A stretch of 64,000 nt of DNA, from assembly GCA_036574075.1 (NCBI GenBank), contig JAINCN010000031.1, positions 386-64,385 of the forward strand, read 5' to 3'. The first letter of the stretch is position 1, and each line of letters opens with the position of its first letter. Shown here piece by piece: positions 24,426 to 32,433 of the stretch. The position numbers and the translations under genes are program-made. The stretch comes from Deltaproteobacteria bacterium (GTDB lineage: Bacteria > Desulfobacterota > Dissulfuribacteria > Dissulfuribacterales > UBA5754). The notes beneath the pieces were generated by a model. The model had not been told where the DNA came from. It worked only from the letters and a program-made list of their open reading frames with translations, and did no database searches.

Positions 24426-25526
24426 TCAGGCCAGATGTGACATCTTGACCACGTCGCCTGGCCTGATGGGGATCTTTTCCTCCAGGACCTCTCCCTGGGA
24501 TGCGTCGGTCCCAAATAGGTCATTGATGACGATCTCGCCCTTGATCTCCCCTGGGGCGAATCCAAGGGACCTGCCGGTCAGGGGATCCACGAGCTCCCTG
24601 CCCTTTCCATATACCCGCAGATGATCTCCTGGTTGGAGGCCTGTCAGGCGACCTGCGTTCAGATACACCTTACCGCCCTCGATCTTGACCACCCGGCATG
24701 ACCACTCCGTTCCCCTGACCACGTCATCGGACATGCGCTGGGCTGTGGCATCGAATCTGTCTATGGGTGTTATGTAGGAGCCGATGAGGACACTTTCCGT
24801 TGCATGGACGAGGTCAAGGCGGATGTTCGGGCTCTCCCCCTGGGCTAGTATCTGGTTTTGAGGGATCGACACGAGGACATAGGCTTGGATGCCCACTGAG
24901 GCCGCTATCTCCCTTCGTACCGAGGCGGAGGCGAGATCCATTGCTGTGAGACCTCGATCATTCAGGAGATTTTCGAGTTGGGATGCGTCCACAGGGACCA
25001 TGCCGTCCGTACGCCGCATCGCCGACGGCAGGAGTGAGAGGACGTCGATGCCCAGATCTCCAAGGAGAGAAAGGAGCACTACCTTACGCCTGAGGACAGG
25101 CATTCCCTTAGCATCCTTCGCCCTGTGCGGAAGCCCCATGAGACGCTCCTCCAGTCGGGCGAGCCGTTCCTCAAGCTCCTTTTCCTTCTTGGAGTCTCCG
25201 AAGAGCTTGATGGATTTCCCTTCCCCGGCCGTCTCACGGAAGTAATCCGAGGTGATGAGCATGGGGGAGGCCACTACCCTTTCCTCAAGCGCCTTTTTCT
25301 GTTCTTCCTCTTTTAGTTTTTCCTCGCCCATGTCCTTCGATGGTTGAGAGCCTTCTGCCTTCCCCGCCTTGGCCGTCTGGGTCGTCTTCTCGGGTAGGGC
25401 GTGCGTTTTGGGAGAGCATCCCGCAATGAAGCCCAGGAGCAGGGGGACGAAGAAAAAGGCCGCAAGGAGAAACAACGCGGGACGCGATCGGGATTGAGTG
25501 GACATGGTCATCTTCATGGCGCTCAT
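24426..25526 (-). CDS. lipoprotein of unknown function
   Basis: The real start is near 25526 (MSAMKMTMSTQSRSRPALFLLAAFFFVPLLLGFIAGC, lipobox IAGC), giving about 366 aa. It has a K/E-rich linker followed by a globular C-terminal part. The 502-aa track ORF is a Pro/Arg-rich 5' over-extension into the upstream gene. Confidence 0.65.
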   Translation of the reverse strand: MSAMKMTMSTQSRSRPALFLLAAFFFVPLLLGFIAGCSPKTHALPEKTTQTAKAGKAEGSQPSKDMGEEKLKEEEQKKALEERVVASPMLITSDYFRETAGEGKSIKLFGDSKKEKELEERLARLEERLMGLPHRAKDAKGMPVLRRKVVLLSLLGDLGIDVLSLLPSAMRRTDGMVPVDASQLENLLNDRGLTAMDLASASVRREIAASVGIQAYVLVSIPQNQILAQGESPNIRLDLVHATESVLIGSYITPIDRFDATAQRMSDDVVRGTEWSCRVVKIEGGKVYLNAGRLTGLQPGDHLRVYGKGRELVDPLTGRSLGFAPGEIKGEIVINDLFGTDASQGEVLEEKIPIRPGDVVKMSHLA

Positions 25527-25546
25527 ATAACAAGACGTTGAGATGG

Positions 25547-27301
25547 TCAAACTTCGTCTTCTTGCATTGAGATCAGGAGGGTGGGAAGAAAACGGGGATC
25601 TATTTCCGTGCCAGGGGGGATCCCGGCAAGGGCGTCTGCAGTCTCCTCGAAGGGTGTGCGGATCAGGCGGGTGATGCGGTCGGCCGGAATGCCCGACCGG
25701 GAGGCGAGGAGCCCGATCCCGTCCGCAAGGGATTTCATGGCGGTTTCCACCGTTTCGAGAGCTTCGTGCGGAAACGTCTCCGCCGGTACCCACAGCCTGC
25801 GGAGTTCCGGAAGCATCCTTCGGGGGATGGGGGCGAGTTCGAGCGTTCCCGTGAGCTGCCAGAGGGCGAGGGCCGTGAGGATGGCCGAGGGCCACAGGAG
25901 TTCCCGTGGATCCTGGAGATTCGTGTGCGACCACGGAAAGGCCTTTTCCCAGGTCGACCAGTGGGGTTCGATGCAGGGCATGATCCGGCAGGCGTCCTCA
26001 ACGAGTAGGAGCCTCTTTTCCGCCTCTTCGATCTGTCCCATGGAATTCGGAGTCTCGTGATGCTCCGTAACGGGATTCCACAGGACCGGTCTGTCCCGGG
26101 AAAGGCCTTCGACGAGAAGCCCCCACGGCTCTGGGAGGTGGATCAGGTCCTTGGGAACGAGCCCCTCACGGATAAGGGAGCGCGCCCGTTTTGAAAGACC
26201 CCGGATGATCCCGTTTGCCAGGTGGATCAGGTCCTCGATGGTGGTATGGGTGAGGACCTCAACGGGCTTGCGCCCGTAGAGGCATTTTTCATGATCGAGG
26301 GAGAGATTGAGGAGGGAGGACACCTTTTCCAGGGCGGAACGGAGTGCAGAGACGTCGTCCCAATCGACCTGATCGGCCACAAGGATCTTGTTCGCCGCTC
26401 CGGTCCATTCGAGGACGATCCTTCCCATGGCCGAGGTCCCGGAAAGGGCGTTGACGGCCTCGGCAAGGGGACCTTCCCTAAGGCCGTAAAGGGTGGGGAC
26501 AAAGACGGGAAGGGGGATGTCTTCATACGCAGGCTGAACGAATGCGCGGCGCTTCAATCGTTTTTCAGGAAGGGGTGCATAGATCTCTATGGCATCAAAG
26601 TAATCCGGGATGCCCCAGGACCCAAGGCGTGCGCATCTCATGCGGTATGAGTGTTCGAGGGTCTCGGTCGGTGTATCCCAAAGCAGGGTCTCCATGACAT
26701 CCCGGTACGACCCGGGGGAGATGCCAAGGAGTTCCTTCAGGAATTCCGCAAGGAGGGGAACGAGTTCCTGTTTCCGGAAGGAGATGTAATAGACGTCGTC
26801 CAAGGTGAATGGGGGGAGGGTGTCCCGCGCCTCCTGGATGTCCATGTCATCCGGGCGCTTTACGACGCGAAGAAAGGGCTGAAGGGCTGCGGGAACGAGC
26901 GCGTAGTCCTGGGCAAGTATCCATGTCAGCCAGGAAACAAGGACAGACCGGTCGTTTTCGAAAAGAAGGACGAGCCAGGCGAGGACCTTTTCCGGCCGGA
27001 GCTGGTCCTTTGCCCACCAGTCCAGATCGAACATGAACTGGAGCTGTTCAGGGAGGGCAAGCTCAAACATGGCCAAGGCGTCTTCCGGGCTCGATGCCTT
27101 GATGGTCCAGAAGAGTTCCTCCACGGGCAGACCCCGGACGAGTTCCCGTGAGTTGGGTGAGTGCAGGATGATCTCATGGCGTTGTTCCCAGGGGGTGAGG
27201 AGGACGAGGATCGCCTGATCGTCTATGGAGAGGGTCTCCAGGTTTTTTTCCCGTTCTTTTGGGGGTAAGGATAGGTAAAAGGCCGGATCGATCTGGCTCA
27301 A
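25547..27301 (-). CDS. hypothetical protein, 584 aa (MgtE-N/FliG-like helical repeats at N-terminus?)
   Basis: Long ORF with coding-like composition, 20 nt upstream of the lipoprotein gene on the same strand. No catalytic motif recognised. Confidence 0.6.
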   Translation of the reverse strand: MSQIDPAFYLSLPPKEREKNLETLSIDDQAILVLLTPWEQRHEIILHSPNSRELVRGLPVEELFWTIKASSPEDALAMFELALPEQLQFMFDLDWWAKDQLRPEKVLAWLVLLFENDRSVLVSWLTWILAQDYALVPAALQPFLRVVKRPDDMDIQEARDTLPPFTLDDVYYISFRKQELVPLLAEFLKELLGISPGSYRDVMETLLWDTPTETLEHSYRMRCARLGSWGIPDYFDAIEIYAPLPEKRLKRRAFVQPAYEDIPLPVFVPTLYGLREGPLAEAVNALSGTSAMGRIVLEWTGAANKILVADQVDWDDVSALRSALEKVSSLLNLSLDHEKCLYGRKPVEVLTHTTIEDLIHLANGIIRGLSKRARSLIREGLVPKDLIHLPEPWGLLVEGLSRDRPVLWNPVTEHHETPNSMGQIEEAEKRLLLVEDACRIMPCIEPHWSTWEKAFPWSHTNLQDPRELLWPSAILTALALWQLTGTLELAPIPRRMLPELRRLWVPAETFPHEALETVETAMKSLADGIGLLASRSGIPADRITRLIRTPFEETADALAGIPPGTEIDPRFLPTLLISMQEDEV

Positions 27302-27348
27302 GTCTTTTCTCCTGTTGACCGATGTTAAAAATAATACTTAACTCAACA

Positions 27349-27475
27349 TGAAATCGAAAGCCGATGCCTCTGAAAAGGCCTGATCCGCAGATCCTGTTCC
27401 ATATTTCTGACCTGAATCCGTGGGCCGACGGCCGGGATATCTGCTTCGTGCGGATTGCGCAGAATAACTGCCATT
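27349..27475 (-). repeat. degenerate MITE relics
   Basis: 27411-27475 (CCTGAATCCGTGGGCCGACGGCCGGGATATCTGCTTCGTGCGG...) matches roughly 80% of the TIR plus inner-stem arm of the MITE. 27349-27360 (TGAAATCGAAAG) matches its unique segment. Confidence 0.5.
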
Positions 27476-27636
27476 GCCCTGGTCTCGCCCTCCCTGTGGC
27501 TCGGGCCATCTGAAGGGGTGACGTCCGGGGACGGACGTCGCCCCTGGAGTGGATCTCAGTGGCATCAAGGATGGTTCCTGTGCAACTGTGCGCCGGGAGT
27601 TTTCCCCGCGGCATAGTGAGGAAGGATGGTGCCCCC

Positions 27637-28317
27637 ATGAGCAAAGATGACAGGACGAGCGGAGAACCCATATACGTCCTGATAGCGGAAGATGAGCGGA
27701 ACATCAGCGAACTTCTCGAGGAGATCCTTGCCCAGGAGGGCCGCAGGATCAAGATCGCCCACAACGGCCGGGAGGCGATAGGTGCACTCGAAGAGAGGCC
27801 TTTCGATCTTTTGATCACCGACCTCATGATGCCGGAAGTGGATGGCATGGAATTGATCCGGAGGGCCAAGGCCTTGTACCCCGACATCATGGTCATCATC
27901 ATGACAGGGTACGCAACCATTGAAACGGCGATCCAGGCGGTCAAGGAAGGGGCCTACGATTATCTCCGAAAGCCCTTTCGTCTCGACGAAATCCGCATCA
28001 GCGCGGACAACGCATGCGAGAAGATCCGTCTCATGCAGGAAAACAAGAGACTCCTGGCCATGCTTCACCATGCGAAAGACCGTACAGAAGGGGACCCGTC
28101 GTGCCTTTTGCCCGTAGCAGGGGATGAAAATCCACGAGAGGACGTGCCCATTTTCTCTCTCGAGAAGATTCCTCCTTCCTATTTCCAAACCGGTGCCATC
28201 CAGGCGGGCGCGGCCCTTACCGAGTTCGAAAGGCTAGGGGCCCTCAGGCAGGCAGGACATCTGACCGATGACGAGTTCCGCTTCATGAAGCAAAAACTCT
28301 TCAGCAGGATCTCCTGA
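27637..28317 (+). CDS. response-regulator receiver protein with C-terminal SHOCT-like tail
   Basis: ATG 27637 (SD GAGGAAGGA) gives 226 aa. REC domain (VLIAEDE...DLLITDLMMPEVDG...KP). C-terminus LGALRQAGHLTDDEFRFMKQKLF resembles the SHOCT motif. No DNA-binding domain. Confidence 0.75.
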   Translation: MSKDDRTSGEPIYVLIAEDERNISELLEEILAQEGRRIKIAHNGREAIGALEERPFDLLITDLMMPEVDGMELIRRAKALYPDIMVIIMTGYATIETAIQAVKEGAYDYLRKPFRLDEIRISADNACEKIRLMQENKRLLAMLHHAKDRTEGDPSCLLPVAGDENPREDVPIFSLEKIPPSYFQTGAIQAGAALTEFERLGALRQAGHLTDDEFRFMKQKLFSRIS

Positions 28318-28328
28318 GTCCCTTTTCT

Positions 28329-29933
28329 ATGGCGACACTTCAGGCCATACATGCGCCAAGGGTGGGCCAGGACGCAGACGGGACGCCGGGTAGTGTCCCC
28401 CGTTTCCGCCTTCTCGTGGTGGATGACGACGAGATGGTCCGCAAGCTCCTTGTCGAGCACATTCGTGCCTTTGGGGATTTTGATGTGGACGAGGCTGCTG
28501 GCGCCTTTGATGCCTTGGCGCTCTTGGAAGGGTCTGCTTCGTATGACGGTGTCCTTGTTGACATCAACATGCCCGGAATGGACGGGATCGAATTCATATC
28601 CCGGATCAAGGAGCGGGATCGGACTATCGTGGCCATGGTCATCACGGGGTATCCATCCTATGACCGGATCCTTGATGCCATGCGGGCAGGGGCCATGGAT
28701 TTCCTTGCCAAGCCTTTCAAAAGCGATCAACTGAAACTCGCGCTCGAGAGGCTGGTCAAGGAGAGGGAAATCCTCCTGGAAAACAGCCTGCTTACCCAAG
28801 AACTCGCCGGGAAAAAGGCCCTCGAGGCCGTCAACGAACAGCTGAAGAAAAAGATCCGGGAGCAGACGATCATTCTCACAATCAGCGAAACGCTCGGAAA
28901 GGTCCGGAGCACGCGGGAGCTCTACCGCAGGGTGGTGGCCCTTGCCGCGAATCTGACCGACGCCGGGCACGCCTTTTTCTGGGTCGTCGACCACGAGGCA
29001 CGACGGCTCGTCCTCATGGCCTCAGAGGGCATGGGTGTCCCGGAATGGGAGGTGGGTGATATCACGGATGAGGCCATGCCGGCATCCCGCGTGGCAAGGG
29101 AGGGGATTCCGATGCTTTTCACCCGTACCCGTTTATCCCGCACGGAAGGCCCAGTCTCCCCCTTCGCGGAGACCGCCCTCGTACCCTTTCGAATACGGGA
29201 GGAGATCTTCGGCGTCCTTGCCATCGCCCGTACGGAAAATGAGCGGATCCTGACCGAGGAGGTCCTTTTTCTCCTTCTCATCCTCGCGGAGCGGGCAAGC
29301 CTCACGGTAGAGAATCTCCTCCTTTACGAGAGTGTCTCCCTCAATCTCCACGCTACCCTCCGCGCCCTTGTCAGAATCCTGGAGGCCAAGGATCCGTACA
29401 CGAAAGAGCATTCGCTGAGGGTCACCCGGCTTGCCGTGGCCGTGGCCGGGCACATGTCATGCGATTCAGACGAGATAGACTCCCTTCGCTTTGCCGGTCA
29501 CCTCCACGACATCGGAAAGATCGGCATTCGGGACCAGATCCTCTTCAAACCCGGACGGCTCACCGAGGAAGAATACGTGATCATCAAGACCCACCCGGTC
29601 ATAGGAGAAGAGATCGTCGGGCATCTCGGGGTCCTTCCCCGCGAAAAGGCCTGTATCAGGCACCACCACGAGAGGTGGGACGGGAAAGGATACCCGGACG
29701 GGCTTTTGGAAACGGAGATCCCGCAACTCGCGCGTATCCTCGCAGTCGCCGATACCTTTGACGCCATCACGACGAACCGTCCGTATCGGCCATGCCGTAC
29801 GCAGGAAGAGGCCGTGATGGAGATCAGGAAAAATGCCGGCACCCAATTCGACCCCCACGTCGTTGATGCCTTTCTCGATACGTTTTATGATGGTGATTCA
29901 TGGGGAAAAGCGGGTGAATCCACTGAACCATAG
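28329..29933 (+). CDS. response regulator with GAF and HD-GYP domains (c-di-GMP phosphodiesterase type)
   Basis: 534 aa with REC (LLVVDDDE...VLVDINMPGMDG), a central GAF-like region, and HD-GYP motifs HLHDIGKIGI and HHERWDGKGYPDGL. Confidence 0.85.
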   Translation: MATLQAIHAPRVGQDADGTPGSVPRFRLLVVDDDEMVRKLLVEHIRAFGDFDVDEAAGAFDALALLEGSASYDGVLVDINMPGMDGIEFISRIKERDRTIVAMVITGYPSYDRILDAMRAGAMDFLAKPFKSDQLKLALERLVKEREILLENSLLTQELAGKKALEAVNEQLKKKIREQTIILTISETLGKVRSTRELYRRVVALAANLTDAGHAFFWVVDHEARRLVLMASEGMGVPEWEVGDITDEAMPASRVAREGIPMLFTRTRLSRTEGPVSPFAETALVPFRIREEIFGVLAIARTENERILTEEVLFLLLILAERASLTVENLLLYESVSLNLHATLRALVRILEAKDPYTKEHSLRVTRLAVAVAGHMSCDSDEIDSLRFAGHLHDIGKIGIRDQILFKPGRLTEEEYVIIKTHPVIGEEIVGHLGVLPREKACIRHHHERWDGKGYPDGLLETEIPQLARILAVADTFDAITTNRPYRPCRTQEEAVMEIRKNAGTQFDPHVVDAFLDTFYDGDSWGKAGESTEP

Positions 29934-30705
29934 CACCTGTGAGGGGAAGGGGGATGAATTGACGGGGCATCTCGCTGAACATTTTCAGGAATATCTCATC
30001 GGGAGCCTTGTGAAGGGTATCGTCCACAACATCAACAGTCCTCTCCAGATCCTGTCGATGCAGATCGAATTTTTTCGGCGCACGCTGTGCGATGATCTGA
30101 AAACCCTTGAATCCACTCTCGCCGGGGTCATGGAGCCGGAGATTGTCCAGACCTTGAAATGCGTAGGCGACCGGTGCAGGAAAAACGAGGCCCGCATCCT
30201 CCAGATGGAGGACATCCTCCATCGTCTCCAGAGGATGGTCGATATCCTGGGAAGGCGCGCTGACCGGGGCGGCGGACCGGCCCCATTTTTCAGTGACCGT
30301 CTTGTGGAAGAAGAGATCGAGTTTCTGGCGGCGGATCTCTTTTACAAACACTCCGTAGAGACAAAGTTCGTGTGTCCGAAGCGGCCGCTCCTTCTCTCCG
30401 GCCTGGAGTGCGATTTCCGGGACCTTGTAGACGCCTCTCTGATCGCATGCATAGAACAGCTTCGGAATGCGGACGAGAGGAAGGTGTTGATTTCCGTGGA
30501 TCAGGAGGCCACAGGTGCGTACAGATACACTTTTGAGCACACTGGGGTGGCGTTTCCTCCGCCGGAAAATCAACCCGGGCCTTTGAAATGCAATGCCTCG
30601 CTGGATCCCCTCGGATTCGCCTTGTTCGTGGTGCGGGAAAAGGCCCGGTCTCTCGGGTATCCCGTCGTGATGGCGCCTCGTTCCATATCCGTAACGTGCG
30701 GGTGA
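29887..30705 (+). CDS. histidine-kinase-like protein with degenerate ATPase domain
   Basis: H-box-like GIVHNINSPLQIL is present. I could not find the N-box Asn or the G1 box, and only a weak G2-like segment (FEHTGVAF, LDPLGFALFVV). No sensor or TM region. Start is uncertain: ATG 29887/29890, GTG 29914 or TTG 29959. Confidence 0.55.
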   Translation: MMVIHGEKRVNPLNHSTCEGKGDELTGHLAEHFQEYLIGSLVKGIVHNINSPLQILSMQIEFFRRTLCDDLKTLESTLAGVMEPEIVQTLKCVGDRCRKNEARILQMEDILHRLQRMVDILGRRADRGGGPAPFFSDRLVEEEIEFLAADLFYKHSVETKFVCPKRPLLLSGLECDFRDLVDASLIACIEQLRNADERKVLISVDQEATGAYRYTFEHTGVAFPPPENQPGPLKCNASLDPLGFALFVVREKARSLGYPVVMAPRSISVTCG

Positions 30706-30867
30706 TCCTTCCCGTCCATCTTTCGTTTTTCTTGTCTTGCCCCGGCAGGTCTGCAGGTGCATACGGGACACTGGCAAAAGACCTTGGATGATGATGTGAT
30801 AAGGAAACATGGTGAGTCGAGGCGGGCCCGTGCATTCGTTGACACAGGGCCTGGTGATGCTATCCTT

Positions 30868-31043
30868 CCTGAATCCGTGAGCCTACGGCCGGGGTATTTG
30901 TTTCGTGCGGCAAATAGCCCCCGTCCATGGGGGCGGATTTGCCGTTCGAGCCCCGTCCATGGGCGCCTCCATCCACAAATACCCCGGCCCGTAGGCTTAT
31001 GCTGTGAAATCGAAAGGTTGAGTGCATATCTCACGGATACAGG
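30868..31043 (-). mobile_element. MITE-like repeat, copy 3 (176 bp, inverted orientation)
   Basis: TIRs CCTGAATCCGTGAG / CTCACGGATACAGG (1 mismatch). Flanked by direct ATCCTT (30862-30867 and 31044-31049). Confidence 0.85.
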
Positions 31044-31106
31044 ATCCTTCTGCGATGCAAACGGGAGGCTTACTGAGTATCTGCATCTTGCTTGTACAGG
31101 TCCGGC

Positions 31107-31703
31107 ATGGGTGATGTGACAATGAAAAACCCGCCCTTTTCCCCTTCGGGGATTGGTTTTGATATCGACGGCGTGGTGGCAGACACCATGGCAGCATTCT
31201 TGCGCATTGCACGGGAGGAGTACGGTCATTGCCATCTGGAGAAGGAGCGCATCACCTCATATTGGCTCGAGGAGTGCCTCGACATCCCTTCGGAGACGGT
31301 AGGTGCCATCATCCAGCGCATTCTCGATGACCCCTTCGGGGTCGGACTCGAGCCCATAGTCGGGGCCAGGGATGCCCTCCTGCGTTTCGCAGCAAAGGGA
31401 CCGCTCACGTTTGTCACGGCCCGCCCTTCTGGAGAGTCCATCGAGGAGTGGCTCTGTGACCTCCTTCCCGAGGTCCCTCGGGGGGATCTTCGGGTCATCG
31501 CGACCGGCAGGCATTCAGCGAAGAAGGACGTCCTCCTGGAATTCGGGATAGGTGCCTTTGTGGAGGACCACCTGGAGACGTGCGAGGATCTCCATGCCGC
31601 GGGTATATGGGCTGCTGTCTTTGACCAGCCATGGAACAGGGCGCGCACCCCCTGGATACGTGTGGGTTCCTGGGAGGAGATCCTTGCCCTGACAGGGGAG
31701 TGA
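31107..31703 (+). CDS. HAD-superfamily hydrolase
   Basis: Motif I FDIDGVVAD. About 198 aa. Start is uncertain: ATG 31107 or 31122 (the track gives TTG 31092). Confidence 0.65.
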   Translation: MGDVTMKNPPFSPSGIGFDIDGVVADTMAAFLRIAREEYGHCHLEKERITSYWLEECLDIPSETVGAIIQRILDDPFGVGLEPIVGARDALLRFAAKGPLTFVTARPSGESIEEWLCDLLPEVPRGDLRVIATGRHSAKKDVLLEFGIGAFVEDHLETCEDLHAAGIWAAVFDQPWNRARTPWIRVGSWEEILALTGE

Positions 31704-31709
31704 CGGGCG

Positions 31710-32324
31710 GTGATCCAGCCCGGCGAAGACATCCTCGTAGAATTCTGGCGCTCTTTCGTTCCGCTCTTCGTGGCCGTGGACGCCATCGGCGTCGTCCCTT
31801 TTTTCATGGCCTTTACAGAGGGGATGGAGCCGGGCCGGGTCCGTTCCGTCATAATCCAGTCCGTAGTTACGGCCTTCGGAGTCGCTCTCTTTTTTATCTT
31901 TGCAGGCCCGGAGCTCCTGCGCTTTCTCGGCGTGACGGTTGCCGATTTCATGATCGCGGGCGGGATCCTCCTCCTCGTTATCTCCATGACTGACATCGTG
32001 GCCGGTGAGAAGCGACGCATGCGGGTAGATCGGGCGACCCTCGGGGCGGTACCCATCGGCGTCCCCCTAATGACGGGGCCGGCCGTCCTCACCACGAGCC
32101 TTCTACTGGTCCAGGTCCATGGGAGGTTCATCACCTCCTCAGCCGTCCTTGTGAACATCCTCATAGCCGGGGCGCTTTTCCTGTCTGCAGGCAGGATCAC
32201 CGCCTTCATCGGGACCCTCGGGGCCAAGATCGTCTCCAAGATCATGAGCCTCATCCTGGCCTCCATCGCCATCATGCTCGTGCGCAAGGGGATCTTGGAG
32301 ATTGTGCAGGGTTTGTCGCAATAG
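31710..32324 (+). CDS. MarC-family (UPF0056) integral membrane protein
   Basis: 204 aa with a GTG start, about six hydrophobic segments and the N-terminal FVAVDAIGVVPFF signature. Confidence 0.8.
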   Translation: MIQPGEDILVEFWRSFVPLFVAVDAIGVVPFFMAFTEGMEPGRVRSVIIQSVVTAFGVALFFIFAGPELLRFLGVTVADFMIAGGILLLVISMTDIVAGEKRRMRVDRATLGAVPIGVPLMTGPAVLTTSLLLVQVHGRFITSSAVLVNILIAGALFLSAGRITAFIGTLGAKIVSKIMSLILASIAIMLVRKGILEIVQGLSQ

Positions 32325-32357
32325 CAGTCATCGGGGATACGCCCGTGCTGGTGTGAC

Positions 32358-32397
32358 TTGTCACGAAAATGCCACCAAAATGTAACGCAATCGTCAC
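32358..32397 (+). promoter_or_regulatory. four heptamers at 11-bp phasing (Pho-box-like array)
   Basis: TTGTCAC-gaaa-ATGCCAC-caaa-ATGTAAC-gcaa-TCGTCAC at 32358, 32369, 32380 and 32391. On the coding strand 37 nt upstream of the 805-aa ORF. Confidence 0.5.
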
Positions 32398-32433
32398 GCA
32401 TCCGATGTCAAGGCGTGGTATGGCTCGAAAGAG

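Noticed and set aside
24426-25934. 5'-extended versions of real genes in the ORF track: 24426-25934, 56596-57432, 59873-61018, 62040-63524, 43132-43752, 43497-44003 and 36842-38131.
   Set aside because: The extensions are Pro/Arg/His-rich, overlap the upstream gene, and lack an SD. Internal starts with an SD and/or ATGA/GTGA stop-start overlaps give proteins of the normal family length.
27515-27544. Strong hairpin GGGGTGACGTCCG-GGGA-CGGACGTCGCCCC in the 27.3-27.6 kb intergenic region, considered as a terminator.
   Set aside because: There is no U-tract on either strand, and it lies between divergent genes where no terminator is expected. It is possibly part of the decayed MITE region.
29824-30810. 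328-aa minus-strand ORF opposite the histidine-kinase-like gene.
   Set aside because: The translation is Arg-rich junk, while the plus-strand frame carries an H-box and follows the two response-regulator genes.
31226-32401. 391-aa minus-strand ORF opposite the HAD and MarC genes.
   Set aside because: Its composition is extremely Arg/Ser/Thr/Pro/Met-rich and it is antisense to two family-assignable genes.
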